In this document: positions 27,486 through 38,769 of the stretch, one piece after another
Position numbering within the stretch: position 1 is the stretch's first letter
How the letters are laid out: every line of letters begins with the position of its first letter
Assembly: GCA_964490075.1 (NCBI GenBank)
Contig: CAZBBK010000010.1
Coordinates: 62,001 to 110,761, forward strand
Direction: 5' to 3'
DNA from: an uncultured Gemmatimonadota bacterium
GTDB taxonomy: Bacteria > GCA-2686955
DNA: 48,761 nt
The notes under the pieces: generated by a model
Seen by the model: the letters and a program-made list of their open reading frames with translations, nothing else
Told to the model about the DNA's origin: nothing
Database searches by the model: none
Translations under genes and position numbers: made by a program

Positions 27486-29505
27486 GCTTTCTCGCTCCGG
27501 GGCTGCTCTGGCTGCTGCCGCTGGTGGCGCTGCCGGGGCTGATCCACCTGCTCTCGCGGCGCCGTCCCCAGCTGCTCGACTTCCCGGCGCTGGAGGAGCT
27601 GAGCGGCGTGGTGGAGGCCAGCGCGCGCGCGAGCCGGCTGCGCGACCGCGTGCTCCTGGCCCTGCGGACGCTCGCCATCGCGGGCGCAGTGCTGCTGGCC
27701 GCCCGGCCCTACTGGGGACGCGAGGGCGGGCGGGGGATGGTGGTCGCGGCGCTCGACCTCTCGGGATCGATGGGTTATCGCGAGGCATCGGGCAGCGGCC
27801 CCTGGGAGCGCGCGCGGGCGGCGACCGCCGCACTGCTGCGGCGAGCGACGCCCGATCGCCCGGTCGCGCTGCTCGGCTTCGACGGCTCCGGCATCGAACG
27901 CCTGCTGCGACCCGGATCCGATCCCGGCTCTTCGGCGCGGGCGCTGGAGGGGCTGGCGCCACGCCCCTACCCAGGTCTGGCGGAGCCGGTCGAGGCGCTC
28001 CAGCGCGCCGCCCGGCAGTGGGGCGCGGAGCAGCGGCGCGAGGTGCTCGAGCTGGTGATCGTCTCCGACTTCCGGGGGCCCGCGTGGGGCGGACCGGCGG
28101 TGCGCCAAGGCGCGCCCGAGGCTCCGCCCGGTCCGCGCCTGGTGGCGGTGCCGGTGGCGGCGGGCGATCGCCCCAACCGCGCATTGGTCTCGTTGCGAGC
28201 GACCCGAGTCGCCCCCGATCGGGTGCGGGTCGACTACGGCGTGGCCGGCGGCGGCGCTGCCGCGTTGGAGCTTGACCTCGATCTCGACGCAGAACCGCTA
28301 CGGCGCATCGAGCTCAACCCGAGGAGCACGACCAGCGGGCGCATCGAGATCGAGAACCGCAGCGGCGGGCTGTTGCGCGCGGCCATCGCCGAGGATGGAT
28401 TGGCGGCCGACGATCTGCGCTACGCGGTGGTGCCGCCCTGGCGTCCGCTGCGGGTGTGGATCGTCGACCACGGAGCGGCCGACGCCAGCGGCGCCTGGGT
28501 GGCGCGCATCCTCGACCCCGAGGAAGGGGGTGCGGTGCGGCGCATGCGCCCGGAGGAGCTCGAGGGCGAGTGGGCAGTGGAGGCCCCCGATCTGGTGGTG
28601 CTGGCCGATCTGCGCGAGCTTCCCGCCGCGACGGTCGACCGGCTCGCCGGCAGGCTGCGCCGCGAGGGCGGTGGCTTGCTGGCGATTCTCGGTCCGCGCA
28701 CCGATCTGCGCGCCTGGCAGAGCTCGGGTCTGGCGCCGCTGACCGGTGCCGAGGCGCTCGACCTGCTCGGTGCCGCGGCCGCGCCGCGCGTCGCCAGCGC
28801 CGACGCCGCGCATCCGCTGCTCGCGCTCTTCGCCCCCGCCGAGCTCGAGGCCCTGTGCCAGGTTCCCTTGCGCCGTGCCGTGGCGCTGCGCTCTACGGCG
28901 CGCGCCGTCCTGACCCTGGCCGGCGGCACGCCGTTGCTGGCGACCCGCCAGCTCGGCCGGGGCCGGGTCGCGGTGCTGGCGACCGCACTCGATCTCGACT
29001 GGGGGGACTGGCCGGCTCACGCCGGCGTGGTGGCGCTCATTCACCAGTGTGCGCTGTACCTCTCCGGTCGCGGTCTGGGTGCGGACGAGGTCGCGCTGGG
29101 TGCGGCGCCGCGCTCGCCGCTCGGCCCCCCCGGCGCCCTCGATGCGACGCTCCATCTGCCGAGCGGCGACTCGCTCAGCGTCGCCGCCGGCGGCGTGCTG
29201 CTGCCCGCCGACCTGCTGCGCGCCTCGGGCCCCTATCATTGGCGCGTCGGCGCGCAGCGGATCGACTTCGTCGCCAATGTCTCTCCCGAGCTGGGCGATC
29301 TGCGCTGGACCGACCCGGCGACTCTGGACACCGGCGGTCTCGGCGCAATCGAGGTGCAGAGCGTAGAGGAGCTGAGAGAGCGCGGCCTGGACCCCGCGGG
29401 CAGCTCGCTCGCACCCTGGCTGGTCGCCCTGGTGGCGGCGCTGCTGCTCGCCGAGGGTTGGCTGCGGCGACCCGCGGCGCAGCAACCGATCAACGGACAC
29501 GAGCA

Positions 29506-29524
<19 letters not shown>
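27482..29524 (+). CDS. BatA N-terminal / vWA / GATase-like membrane protein
   Basis: GTGA overlap; FLAPGLLWLLPLVALPGLIHLL...LLALRTLAI..ARP (BatA); MIDAS-like LDLSGSM; IVSDF; C-terminal TM ending LAEGWL. Confidence 0.82.
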
Positions 29525-30847
<1,323 letters not shown>

Positions 30848-30876
<29 letters not shown>

Positions 30877-31990
30877 CGCCGCCTTGAGCTCGCGGGTGAC
30901 CGGTCTTTTCGCCCGCGAGATGCTCATGCTGGCCTGGCTTCCGGTCTTGATCATCGGCGCGTTCCACTACGCCACCGGATCGCACCACCACTGGGTGCAC
31001 GACGTGCTGCGCCGCCTCTACTACGTGCCGATCCTCTTCGCCGCCTTCTCGCGCGGCTCGGCGGGGGGGCTCTCGGTCGCCGCCTTCGCCTCTCTGACCT
31101 ACGCCCCGCACGCTTTCTTGATGATGCCGGGTGGCCAGGATCCCGGCACCACGCTGAACAAGCTCCTGGAGATCGTGCTCTACAACGTCATCGGTGGCGT
31201 CGCGGGAGTCCTGGCGAGCCGCGAGGCGGCGCGCCGGCGGCAGGCCGAGCGCGCCTTCGAGGAGCACCGCAGGATGGCCGATCAGCTGGTGCGCGCCGGC
31301 CGCCTGGCGGCGCTCGGCGAGCTGGTCGCCGGCGTCGCGCACGAGATCAAGAACCCCCTGCACACCATCAGGGGCACGGCCGAGATCGTCGACGAGATCG
31401 TGCCCCGCGACCGCGACGAAACCCGCATGTGGACCCTGCTGCGCCAGGAGGTGGCGCGCCTGGAGCGGATCGCCGAGCGCTTTCTCTCCTTCGCGCGGCC
31501 CTCCGAGCCCCTTCTCAGCCGCCAGGCGCTGGGCGAGGTCTATGAACGCATCGGCGAGCTGGTGGTGGCCCGCGGCCACCAGGCGCCGGGGGTCGGAATC
31601 GAGATCGCGCCCCTCGACGAGCGGCTGTGCCGCCGGCCGGTCGAGGTCGACCGCGACCAGCTGGCCCAGGTCGCTCTGCACATCGTCGGCAACGCCCTCG
31701 CGGCGATGCGGGGGAGCGGGCTGCTGCGTCTGAGCGCGGCGCTGCGCGAGGGCGCGGCGGGCGAGTGGATCGTGCTGCGCCTGGAGAACGACGGACCGGT
31801 GATCGCCGAAGAGGACCTGGAGCGCATCTTCGATCCCTTCTGCACCCGCAGCGACGAAGGAACCGGCCTCGGGCTGGCGATCGCCGAGCGCATCTCGGAG
31901 GCCCACGGCGGGCATATCGAGGTCGAGAACACCGGCGTCGAGCGGGGGGTGGCGTTCAGCGTGGTGATTCCGGTGGCGCGCGGCGACTGA
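30848..31990 (+). CDS. Membrane sensor histidine kinase with His-rich TM input; start may be 30884 or 30920
   Basis: TM bundle HYATGSHHHWVHDVLRRLYYVP; H box VAHEIKNPL; NDGP; GTGLGL. Confidence 0.9.
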
Positions 31991-32045
31991 GCGCCGATCT
32001 GGCCAATAGCGACCGGCCAACGCGTCCCTGCGGAAGCAGAGCACC

Positions 32046-32834
32046 ATGCCAGACACTCCCTCGGTTCTAGTCGGGGCCACCGGCGGCTCCGGGACCCGTG
32101 TGATCGCGCGCATCCTCGAGCGCGCCCAGGTCTACATGGGCGCCCAGCTCAATGCGGCGCACGACGCGCTGCTCTTCACCGACTTCTACAAGCGCTGGGG
32201 GTCCTTCTACGTTCCCGCTCCCCCCGATCCGGTGCCGGCGGAGCTAGAGAAGCAGATGATCCACGATCTGGAGCGGCGGATTCAGGCCCACCTGGCCGAG
32301 CGGGGCGATTCCGGAGCCGTCTGGGGCTGGAAGAACCCGCGCAACATCTTCGTCATCTCGTTCTTCCACCGCCTCTTCCCGAGCTGCCGCTTCATCCACC
32401 TGGTGCGCGATGGGCGCGACATGGCTTTCTCCCGCAACCAGCTCCAGCTCCGCGATCTCGGACCCAAGGTGCTGGGAGAGGAGCTGGCGGGCTCGCTGCC
32501 GCCGCCTCTGGCGTCGATGGCCATGTGGTCCACGGTGAACCTGCGCGCCGCTGTCTATGGCGAGGCTCGGATGCCGAACCTCTATCTGTGCGTCCGCCTC
32601 GAAGACCTGTGCGCCCATCCCATCGAGCAGAGCGCGCGTCTGCTCGAGTTCGCCGGCCTCGACCCGGCGCTGGCGCCGAGCCTGGCGGACGAGGTGCAGA
32701 CCCCGTCCTCGTTCGGGCGCTGGCGCCAGCAGCCCCTCGCCACGACGCGCCCTCTCGAGCAGCTGGGGCGCGCGGCGTTGCGCTTCTTCGGCTACGGCCA
32801 CAACGAGCCGGCCTCCTGCGCCTCGCTCCGCTAG
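32046..32834 (+). CDS. Sulfotransferase family protein
   Basis: PAPS-binding loop VGATGGSGT, WGWKNPR, IHLVRDGRD, VRLEDL, GRWR, FFGY. Confidence 0.85.
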   Translation: MPDTPSVLVGATGGSGTRVIARILERAQVYMGAQLNAAHDALLFTDFYKRWGSFYVPAPPDPVPAELEKQMIHDLERRIQAHLAERGDSGAVWGWKNPRNIFVISFFHRLFPSCRFIHLVRDGRDMAFSRNQLQLRDLGPKVLGEELAGSLPPPLASMAMWSTVNLRAAVYGEARMPNLYLCVRLEDLCAHPIEQSARLLEFAGLDPALAPSLADEVQTPSSFGRWRQQPLATTRPLEQLGRAALRFFGYGHNEPASCASLR

Positions 32835-32864
32835 CATTCCCGGGAACTCCATCCCGGGGGACCC

Positions 32865-34106
32865 ATGACCGACCTGCTCGCCGCCCGTCTCGCCGCACTC
32901 GGCCTCGATTCCACCCTCGCCGCCTATGCGGTCGATCTCGCCATTCTGCTGCTGGCGCTGACCCTCGCTTTCGCCGCCGATCTGATCGCCAAGCGCTACC
33001 TGCTGCGCCTGGTGCGCCGCTTGGCGCAGAAGACCGAGACCCCTTGGGACGATGTGCTGGTGCGGACCCGCACCTTTGATCGCCTGGCGCATCTGGCGCC
33101 GGTGTTCGTGCTACGACGCTTCGCCGGCGCCGGCTTCTTGCTGCCCGAGCCCCTGGTCGTCTCCCTAACCGGGGCCCTGGCCACGATCATCGCGGTCGGC
33201 GTGTTCCTCTCGGTGCTCGACGCCGCGCACGAGATCTACGGCGGCTACCCGATCTCGAAAGAAGTGCCGATCGGTGCCTATGTTCAAGGCCTCAGGGGAA
33301 TCGCCATCTTGCTGGCCTGTGTGTTCGTTCTTTCCACGCTCATGCAAGGAGACCCCTGGGCATTCATCAAAGGCCTGGGCGCGCTCACCGCGGTGCTGCT
33401 CTTGATCTTCAAAGACACAATTCTGGGCCTGGTCGGCAGCATTCAGCTCACCGCCAACAAGATGGTGCGGATCGGCGACTGGGTGGAGATGAAGAAGTAC
33501 GGCGCCGACGGTGACGTGGTCGAAGTGGGGCTGAGCTCCGTCAAGGTGCAGAACTGGAACAAGACGATCACCACGATCCCCACCTACACCATGATCACCG
33601 ACGCCTTTCGCAACTGGCGCGGCATGTCGGAATCGGGCGGAAGGCGCATCAAGCGCGCGATCTACATCGACATGAACAGCGTACGCTTCTGCACGCATGA
33701 GCTGCTCGATCGACTGCAGCGCATCGAGCTCTTGGGCGATTACCTGGGCGAACGACGCGCCGAGGTCGAGCAACACAACGAGCGCCTCGAATGCGATCCG
33801 TCGCTGCCGGCGAATGGCCGCCGCCTGACCAACCTGGGCACTTTTCGCGCTTACCTGCAGGCCTACCTGCGCGCCCATCCCATGATCAACAAAAAGATGA
33901 CATTCTTGATTCGCCAGCTTCCGCCGAGCGAGAAGGGAGTGGGCATCGAAATCTATGTCTTTTCCGCGGACCAGGACTGGGTGCGCTACGAAGCGATCCA
34001 ATCCGACATCATGGACCACATGCTAGCGGTGATCGGGGAGTTCGAGCTGCGCGTCTTCCAGTCGCCCAGCGGAGCCGACTTCCGGTCTCTAACGACGCCC
34101 CGGTAA
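32865..34106 (+). CDS. Mechanosensitive channel, MscS family (YbdG-like)
   Basis: GLGALTAVLLLIFKDTILG, IGDWVEM..YGADGDV, VKVQNWNKTITTIPTY, NWRGMSESGGRRIKR. Confidence 0.93.
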   Translation: MTDLLAARLAALGLDSTLAAYAVDLAILLLALTLAFAADLIAKRYLLRLVRRLAQKTETPWDDVLVRTRTFDRLAHLAPVFVLRRFAGAGFLLPEPLVVSLTGALATIIAVGVFLSVLDAAHEIYGGYPISKEVPIGAYVQGLRGIAILLACVFVLSTLMQGDPWAFIKGLGALTAVLLLIFKDTILGLVGSIQLTANKMVRIGDWVEMKKYGADGDVVEVGLSSVKVQNWNKTITTIPTYTMITDAFRNWRGMSESGGRRIKRAIYIDMNSVRFCTHELLDRLQRIELLGDYLGERRAEVEQHNERLECDPSLPANGRRLTNLGTFRAYLQAYLRAHPMINKKMTFLIRQLPPSEKGVGIEIYVFSADQDWVRYEAIQSDIMDHMLAVIGEFELRVFQSPSGADFRSLTTPR

Positions 34107-34958
34107 GCGAAACACCAGCCCCTGCGCCGCCACCACCAGCCCCAGCAACACTCCGATCGACGGCGGCACCCGACGGTGCTTGCGCAGAAAACGTAGCACC
34201 GATCGTTGGTGCTCGACGGTGGCCGCCCAGCGGTGCTGCGACGATGCGCCGCCCCACGCGTGCCAGATCCGAGCCGCCGGCACCAGGTGAGTGGCGTAGC
34301 CTCGCTGCGCCGCCCGGTAACAAAGATCGGAGTCCTCGGCATAGAGGAAGAATGACTCGTCCATGCCGCGCAGCTCGTCCCACAGGGCGCGGCGGATCGC
34401 CAGGGCCGCGCCGGCCACCACGTCGACCGGGCCGGCCGAGTCGGGAGGGCGGTCGGCGTAGAGGTACTCCCGCGTGCGTCGATTGGCCGGTGCCAGGCGG
34501 GCCAGCGGCGAGCGGCGGGCGAAGAGCAGACGCGGAAACGAGGGAAAGCGGCGCACACTGGGCTGCAGCCTGCCGTCCGGGAAGAGGAGCTGGGCCCCTG
34601 CGATGCCGACGCCTGCGTGCCGGTCGAGGTAGCCGATCAGCTCGGCGACCGAGGAGTCGCGCAGCTCGGTGTCGGGATTGAGGAGCAGGATGTGGCGGCA
34701 GGGGGCGGGCAGCGTTCGAACTGCGAGGTTGCAGCCCGCCGCGAAACCGAGATTGCAAGGCGCGTCGCGGGCCACGACGCGATCGTCGGCCAACGCCGCC
34801 AGAGTCGGGACGGTAGCGTCGCCCGGGCTGTTGTTGACCACCGCCAGACACCAGTCGAGGTCACCGAGCTCGGCCGCCACCGACTCCACGCAGCGCAGCA
34901 CCAGGGAGCGCGAGCGGTAGGCGACCACCGCGATGCCGAGGTCGACCTCCGCTACCAA
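34089..34958 (-). CDS. Glycosyltransferase family 2 (WbbL-like); start approximate
   Basis: IAVVAYRS, VVNNS, NLGFAAGCN, LLLNPDT, GMDESFFLYAEDSDLC, WHAWGGAS. The longer predicted ORF overlaps the upstream gene. Confidence 0.9.
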   Translation of the reverse strand: MVAEVDLGIAVVAYRSRSLVLRCVESVAAELGDLDWCLAVVNNSPGDATVPTLAALADDRVVARDAPCNLGFAAGCNLAVRTLPAPCRHILLLNPDTELRDSSVAELIGYLDRHAGVGIAGAQLLFPDGRLQPSVRRFPSFPRLLFARRSPLARLAPANRRTREYLYADRPPDSAGPVDVVAGAALAIRRALWDELRGMDESFFLYAEDSDLCYRAAQRGYATHLVPAARIWHAWGGASSQHRWAATVEHQRSVLRFLRKHRRVPPSIGVLLGLVVAAQGLVFRLPGRR

Positions 34959-35662
34959 GTGACGGTCCACTCCCGCTCGCCCGACCAGATCTCGGCGCCG
35001 CCGGCGGCGTTCATCACCCGGAAGGCCAGGTGGTAGCGATAGCGACTGCCATCCTCCGCCTCCGCCTGCGCCGCCCCTTCGATGCGCGAGAGCACGATCC
35101 AGTCGACGGAATAGAACTCGATCAGATCGAGATCGGTCCGCTGCAGGCTCGCGTCGTCGAAGCCCCCCCGCAGCGACGAGGCCAGGGCCCGGCGCCGCTC
35201 GCCGGTGACCGCCTCGGCTCCCGTCCCGACATGGGTTTGCGCCGCGCGGTCGAGAATCTCGGGGGCGAAGCGGCGCGGCGTGAGGTTCTCCATGGGCATG
35301 AAGAGGATGCTCGGCGTCTCGCCCTGCTGGCCGAGCGCCGCCACCATTTCTTCGATCAGCTCGCCCGCCGCCTGCTCGAGCTCGCGGCTCGAATCTCCCG
35401 GATCGGCATCGTCGACGATCCTGCCGCCCTCCGCCGCGTCGCTGATCGGCGCCTCGTCGCGCACCCGCTCTCTTTCGACCAGGATCACCGCGCCCGAGCC
35501 GTCCAGCTCGGCCAGGTAGCCGTCCAGCTCCTCGACGTACACCACCCGCTCGCATTCGAGCGCGGTGCCGTCGCGCAGGTGGAGGTAGCGCGCGCCGCCG
35601 CACCCGGCCACCAGCGCGCAGCAGACCATCATCAGGGTCGTCTTGGCGAACATCACCTGCAT
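34952..35662 (-). CDS. Lipoprotein, LpoB/CsgG-like
   Basis: Lipobox LVAGC; ILFMPMENLT; C-terminal YHLAFRVMNAAGGAEIWSGE. Confidence 0.6.
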   Translation of the reverse strand: MQVMFAKTTLMMVCCALVAGCGGARYLHLRDGTALECERVVYVEELDGYLAELDGSGAVILVERERVRDEAPISDAAEGGRIVDDADPGDSSRELEQAAGELIEEMVAALGQQGETPSILFMPMENLTPRRFAPEILDRAAQTHVGTGAEAVTGERRRALASSLRGGFDDASLQRTDLDLIEFYSVDWIVLSRIEGAAQAEAEDGSRYRYHLAFRVMNAAGGAEIWSGEREWTVTW

Positions 35663-35690
35663 GACTTTGCCACATGAGCCCCTGTGGTTC

Positions 35691-35718
35691 CAAACCTCTT
35701 GAGCGAAACGGCCGATAG
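35691..35718 (+). promoter_or_regulatory. Putative sigma-28 (FliA)-type promoter
   Basis: CAAA-N16-GCCGATAG, about 55 bp upstream of the HD-GYP gene. Confidence 0.45.
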
Positions 35719-35772
35719 AGAAGAGGGGCGCCTCTCCGGTTGCGCCTCTCATCTTCCGGGCCGAGGTACTGC

Positions 35773-36612
35773 ATGAGCCACGAGCACGCGTCCAGCGAGC
35801 CGACCGACGACCTGATTCAGACCATTCAGGACATGCTGGGGGCCTGTGAGGACGGACTCTCCGACCTCGATCGCCGCCGCGACATGGTGTTTCTGAACCT
35901 GGAGGAGGAGCTGCGCCGCTACCAGGCGGTGATCCACGGCGCGCTCCAGGCCCTGGCCGAAGCGGTGGATGCCAAGGATGCCTACACCCACGGCCACTCG
36001 CGGCGGGTGAGCCTCTACTCCACCCGGCTCGGCAACGACCTGGGACTGGGTCCCAGAGAGCTCGACAATCTCGCCTTCGGTGCCCTGCTGCACGACGTCG
36101 GCAAGATCGGCATGCCGGAGTCGATCCTGAACAAACCGGCCGCCCTGACCCCCGAAGAGTTCGAGATCGTCAAGGAACATCCGGTGCGGGGCTCCGAAAT
36201 CCTGAGCAACATTCCCGATCTGCGCGAGGTGGAACGGGTGGTGCGCCATCATCACGAGCGTATCGACGGCGCCGGCTACCCGGATCGGCTCTCCGGCTTC
36301 GGCATTCCGCTGCACGCGCGTGTAGTCGCGGTCGTCGATACCTTCGACGCCATCACCACCACCCGCAGCTACCACCGCGCCAAGAGCCCCGAGCACGCCT
36401 TCCGAATCATGGTGGAAGCGGCCGATGGGCAGCTCGACGCCGAGCTGGTGCTGCGCTTCGAGCGGCTGTGGCGCGTGCAGAGCATGGCCCACATCATCGA
36501 CGAGAGCTGGCACGACGCAGGCGCAGCCGACCCCGACTCCGATCGGCAGCCGACCCAGGCATCATGCGGCGCGCTGGGCTGCGATCACGGATTGCTCGAG
36601 CTGGTCGACTGA
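35773..36612 (+). CDS. HD-GYP cyclic-dinucleotide phosphodiesterase
   Basis: DAYTHGHSRRV, LLHDVGKIG, HHHERIDGAGYP, VVDTFDAITTTRSY. Confidence 0.92.
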   Translation: MSHEHASSEPTDDLIQTIQDMLGACEDGLSDLDRRRDMVFLNLEEELRRYQAVIHGALQALAEAVDAKDAYTHGHSRRVSLYSTRLGNDLGLGPRELDNLAFGALLHDVGKIGMPESILNKPAALTPEEFEIVKEHPVRGSEILSNIPDLREVERVVRHHHERIDGAGYPDRLSGFGIPLHARVVAVVDTFDAITTTRSYHRAKSPEHAFRIMVEAADGQLDAELVLRFERLWRVQSMAHIIDESWHDAGAADPDSDRQPTQASCGALGCDHGLLELVD

Positions 36613-37406
36613 GTCGCACGCGCGCCCACGCGCGTCACGAACTCCCTCCAGGCCCTCCGGTAGGGTTCCCCGCCGCTGCGCGGGATCTCGTTGTGGGTGC
36701 CGCCGCGAACAACGTGCAGATCGACCCACGCGGCGCTGTGCGCGGCGTCGCGCAGGGCGAGGCTCATCTCGAAGGGCACCAGGTCGTCCTGGTCGCCGTG
36801 AACCAGGAGGATCGGTGCCTGAATCGCCCCGATCTTGCGCTCCGACGCGAAGGAGTAGGCCACCATGCGCGACGCGAAGGGGATGCCGGTCTTCCCCGCC
36901 ATGGCGCTCAGGTTTGTGAAGCTCGACTCGATGATCAGCCCATCGACCTCGATTTCGGTCGCGACGTCGATTGCCACCGCGCCGCCGAGTGATCGGCCGC
37001 TGAGGATCACCGGCTCCGATCCGGCCCGCGCCATTGCCTCTCGAGCCGCCGCCCGGCCGTCCAGGTAGAGCCCTTCCTCGTCCGCTTCGCCCTCGGAGTC
37101 GCCGTAGCCCCGGTACTCGGGAAAGAGCACCGAGTAGCCCTCGTCGACCAGGGCTCGGGCGTTCTCGAGTCGATAGGCCATGGTGCCGGCATTGCCGTGG
37201 AAGAAGACCACCACCGCAGAAGGGTGGGGTGCCGGCATCCACCAGGCCTGGGTCACGACCCCATCGCCCGCCTCGAGCCACAAGGTCTCGAAGTCGAGCC
37301 CCAGCTCCGCCGGAGTGCGGTACTGGCCCTGCTCAGGGTGGAAGAGCATGGCGTCGGTCAACGCTTTGCGCAGCATTCGATTCGATCCAAAGGCGGCGAC
37401 CATCAA
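36585..37406 (-). CDS. Alpha/beta hydrolase (ABHD13/Bem46-like)
   Basis: FFHGNAG, EYRGYGDS, nucleophile GRSLGG, VHGDQDDLVP, GTHN. Confidence 0.92.
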   Translation of the reverse strand: MMVAAFGSNRMLRKALTDAMLFHPEQGQYRTPAELGLDFETLWLEAGDGVVTQAWWMPAPHPSAVVVFFHGNAGTMAYRLENARALVDEGYSVLFPEYRGYGDSEGEADEEGLYLDGRAAAREAMARAGSEPVILSGRSLGGAVAIDVATEIEVDGLIIESSFTNLSAMAGKTGIPFASRMVAYSFASERKIGAIQAPILLVHGDQDDLVPFEMSLALRDAAHSAAWVDLHVVRGGTHNEIPRSGGEPYRRAWREFVTRVGARATQSTSSSNP

Positions 37407-37441
37407 CGCCGCCGCCGTGATGCTCCATCGGAGGATCGCGT

Positions 37442-38203
37442 TCAGTGGCTCGCCTGGAAGAGGCCGAGCTGCGCTCCGGTCGGATCGCAGATCACCGTGA
37501 AGCGGCCGATCTCCGGGATGTCGGTCGGGGGCATGGTGACCGATCCACCCAGCTCCGTGGTTCGTTCGGCCAGGGCGTCGACGTCGTCGACCAGCACGTA
37601 GTGCACCCAGGCGGCCAGATTCCCGGTCCCCGGAGGCGAGGGCATGCAGCCGGCGGCGTCCTTTTCCCCGCGCCGGAACAGGATGTAGTTGGCGTGCCCC
37701 ATGTCGGTGACGACGGTGCTCCAGCCAAAGAGCTCGCCGTAGAAGGGCGCGACGGCGTCGGGATCGGGAGTGAGCAGCTCGTCCCAGCAGAAGGTGTGGC
37801 TCGCCGGCCGCTCAGGCATCTCCTCGTTGCTCTCGTTCGCGCTCTTGTAGAGCGCGAAGACCGCACCGGCCGGATCGCGCAGCACGGCGAAACGACCGAC
37901 GTTGGAAATGTCGTTCGGCGGCACCATGAGGGCGCCCCCCATGGCCTCGGCGCGCCCCGCCGCGGCATCGACGTCTTCGACCGTCACATAGCCCAGCCAG
38001 TGCGGCGGCGCCGGTCCCCCGGTCTCCATCTTCTCGTAGCCCCCGATGGTCTGCTCCCCCACCTGGATCATGGTGTAGGTCTCTCCCCCCTCCATGCTGA
38101 AGTTGGTGGTGGTCCAGCCGAGCAGCTCGGCGAAGAACTGCTGGGCGCGCTCGGGATCGGTGGTCATCAGCTCGTGCCAGACGAAGCGGCCTTCCTGGTT
38201 CAT
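37442..38203 (-). CDS. VOC/glyoxalase-family protein with two domains
   Basis: RBS AAGGAG; FVWHELMTTDP and FCWDELLTPDP; GRFAVLRDPAGA and GRFTVICDPTGA. Confidence 0.92.
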   Translation of the reverse strand: MNQEGRFVWHELMTTDPERAQQFFAELLGWTTTNFSMEGGETYTMIQVGEQTIGGYEKMETGGPAPPHWLGYVTVEDVDAAAGRAEAMGGALMVPPNDISNVGRFAVLRDPAGAVFALYKSANESNEEMPERPASHTFCWDELLTPDPDAVAPFYGELFGWSTVVTDMGHANYILFRRGEKDAAGCMPSPPGTGNLAAWVHYVLVDDVDALAERTTELGGSVTMPPTDIPEIGRFTVICDPTGAQLGLFQASH

Positions 38204-38307
38204 CGGTATCTCCTTTCGCATCCGCGCGGTGGCGGCGGCGGGCATCATGATAAGCCGCCCTTCGGCGCTTGTCTCCGCCGCGGCAGTCGTGTTTTGCTCA
38301 ACGCGTC

Positions 38308-38769
38308 ATGGAAGTGCGACTGGCCCACCCCGACGAGCTTCCGGCCTGCCTCGCGGTGCGGCGTGCGGTGTTCGTAGAGGAGCAGAAGGTCCCGCTCTGC
38401 GAGGACCTGGACGGGCGCGATTCCGACTGTGTTCATGTCGCGGCCTTCGACGGTGAGGTGCTGGTCGGCACCGCGCGGATCTCGATCGTCGCGGGGGGGG
38501 ACGCCAAGGTGCAGCGGGTCGCGGTGCTGGCCGCCCATCGGGGCCGCGGCCTGGGCCACCGAATCATGGCCTTGGTCGAGGACCAGGCCCGGCGCCTGGG
38601 CTGCGCGCGGGTGGTGCTCGACGCCCAGGTGGCGGTGATCCCCTTCTATGAACGCCGCGGCTACAGCGCCGAAGGCGCGGTCTTCCTCGACGCCGGCATT
38701 CGCCACCGCTTCATGTGGCGATCGGTTGGCGGCCGCCGACCTACTCGGTCGGATCCGGGATCCGGCTGA
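38308..38769 (+). CDS. GNAT N-acetyltransferase (ElaA/YjcF-like)
   Basis: VRRAVFVEEQ, RVAVLAAHRGRGLG, LDAQVAVIPFYERRGY, FLDAGIRH. Confidence 0.9.
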   Translation: MEVRLAHPDELPACLAVRRAVFVEEQKVPLCEDLDGRDSDCVHVAAFDGEVLVGTARISIVAGGDAKVQRVAVLAAHRGRGLGHRIMALVEDQARRLGCARVVLDAQVAVIPFYERRGYSAEGAVFLDAGIRHRFMWRSVGGRRPTRSDPGSG

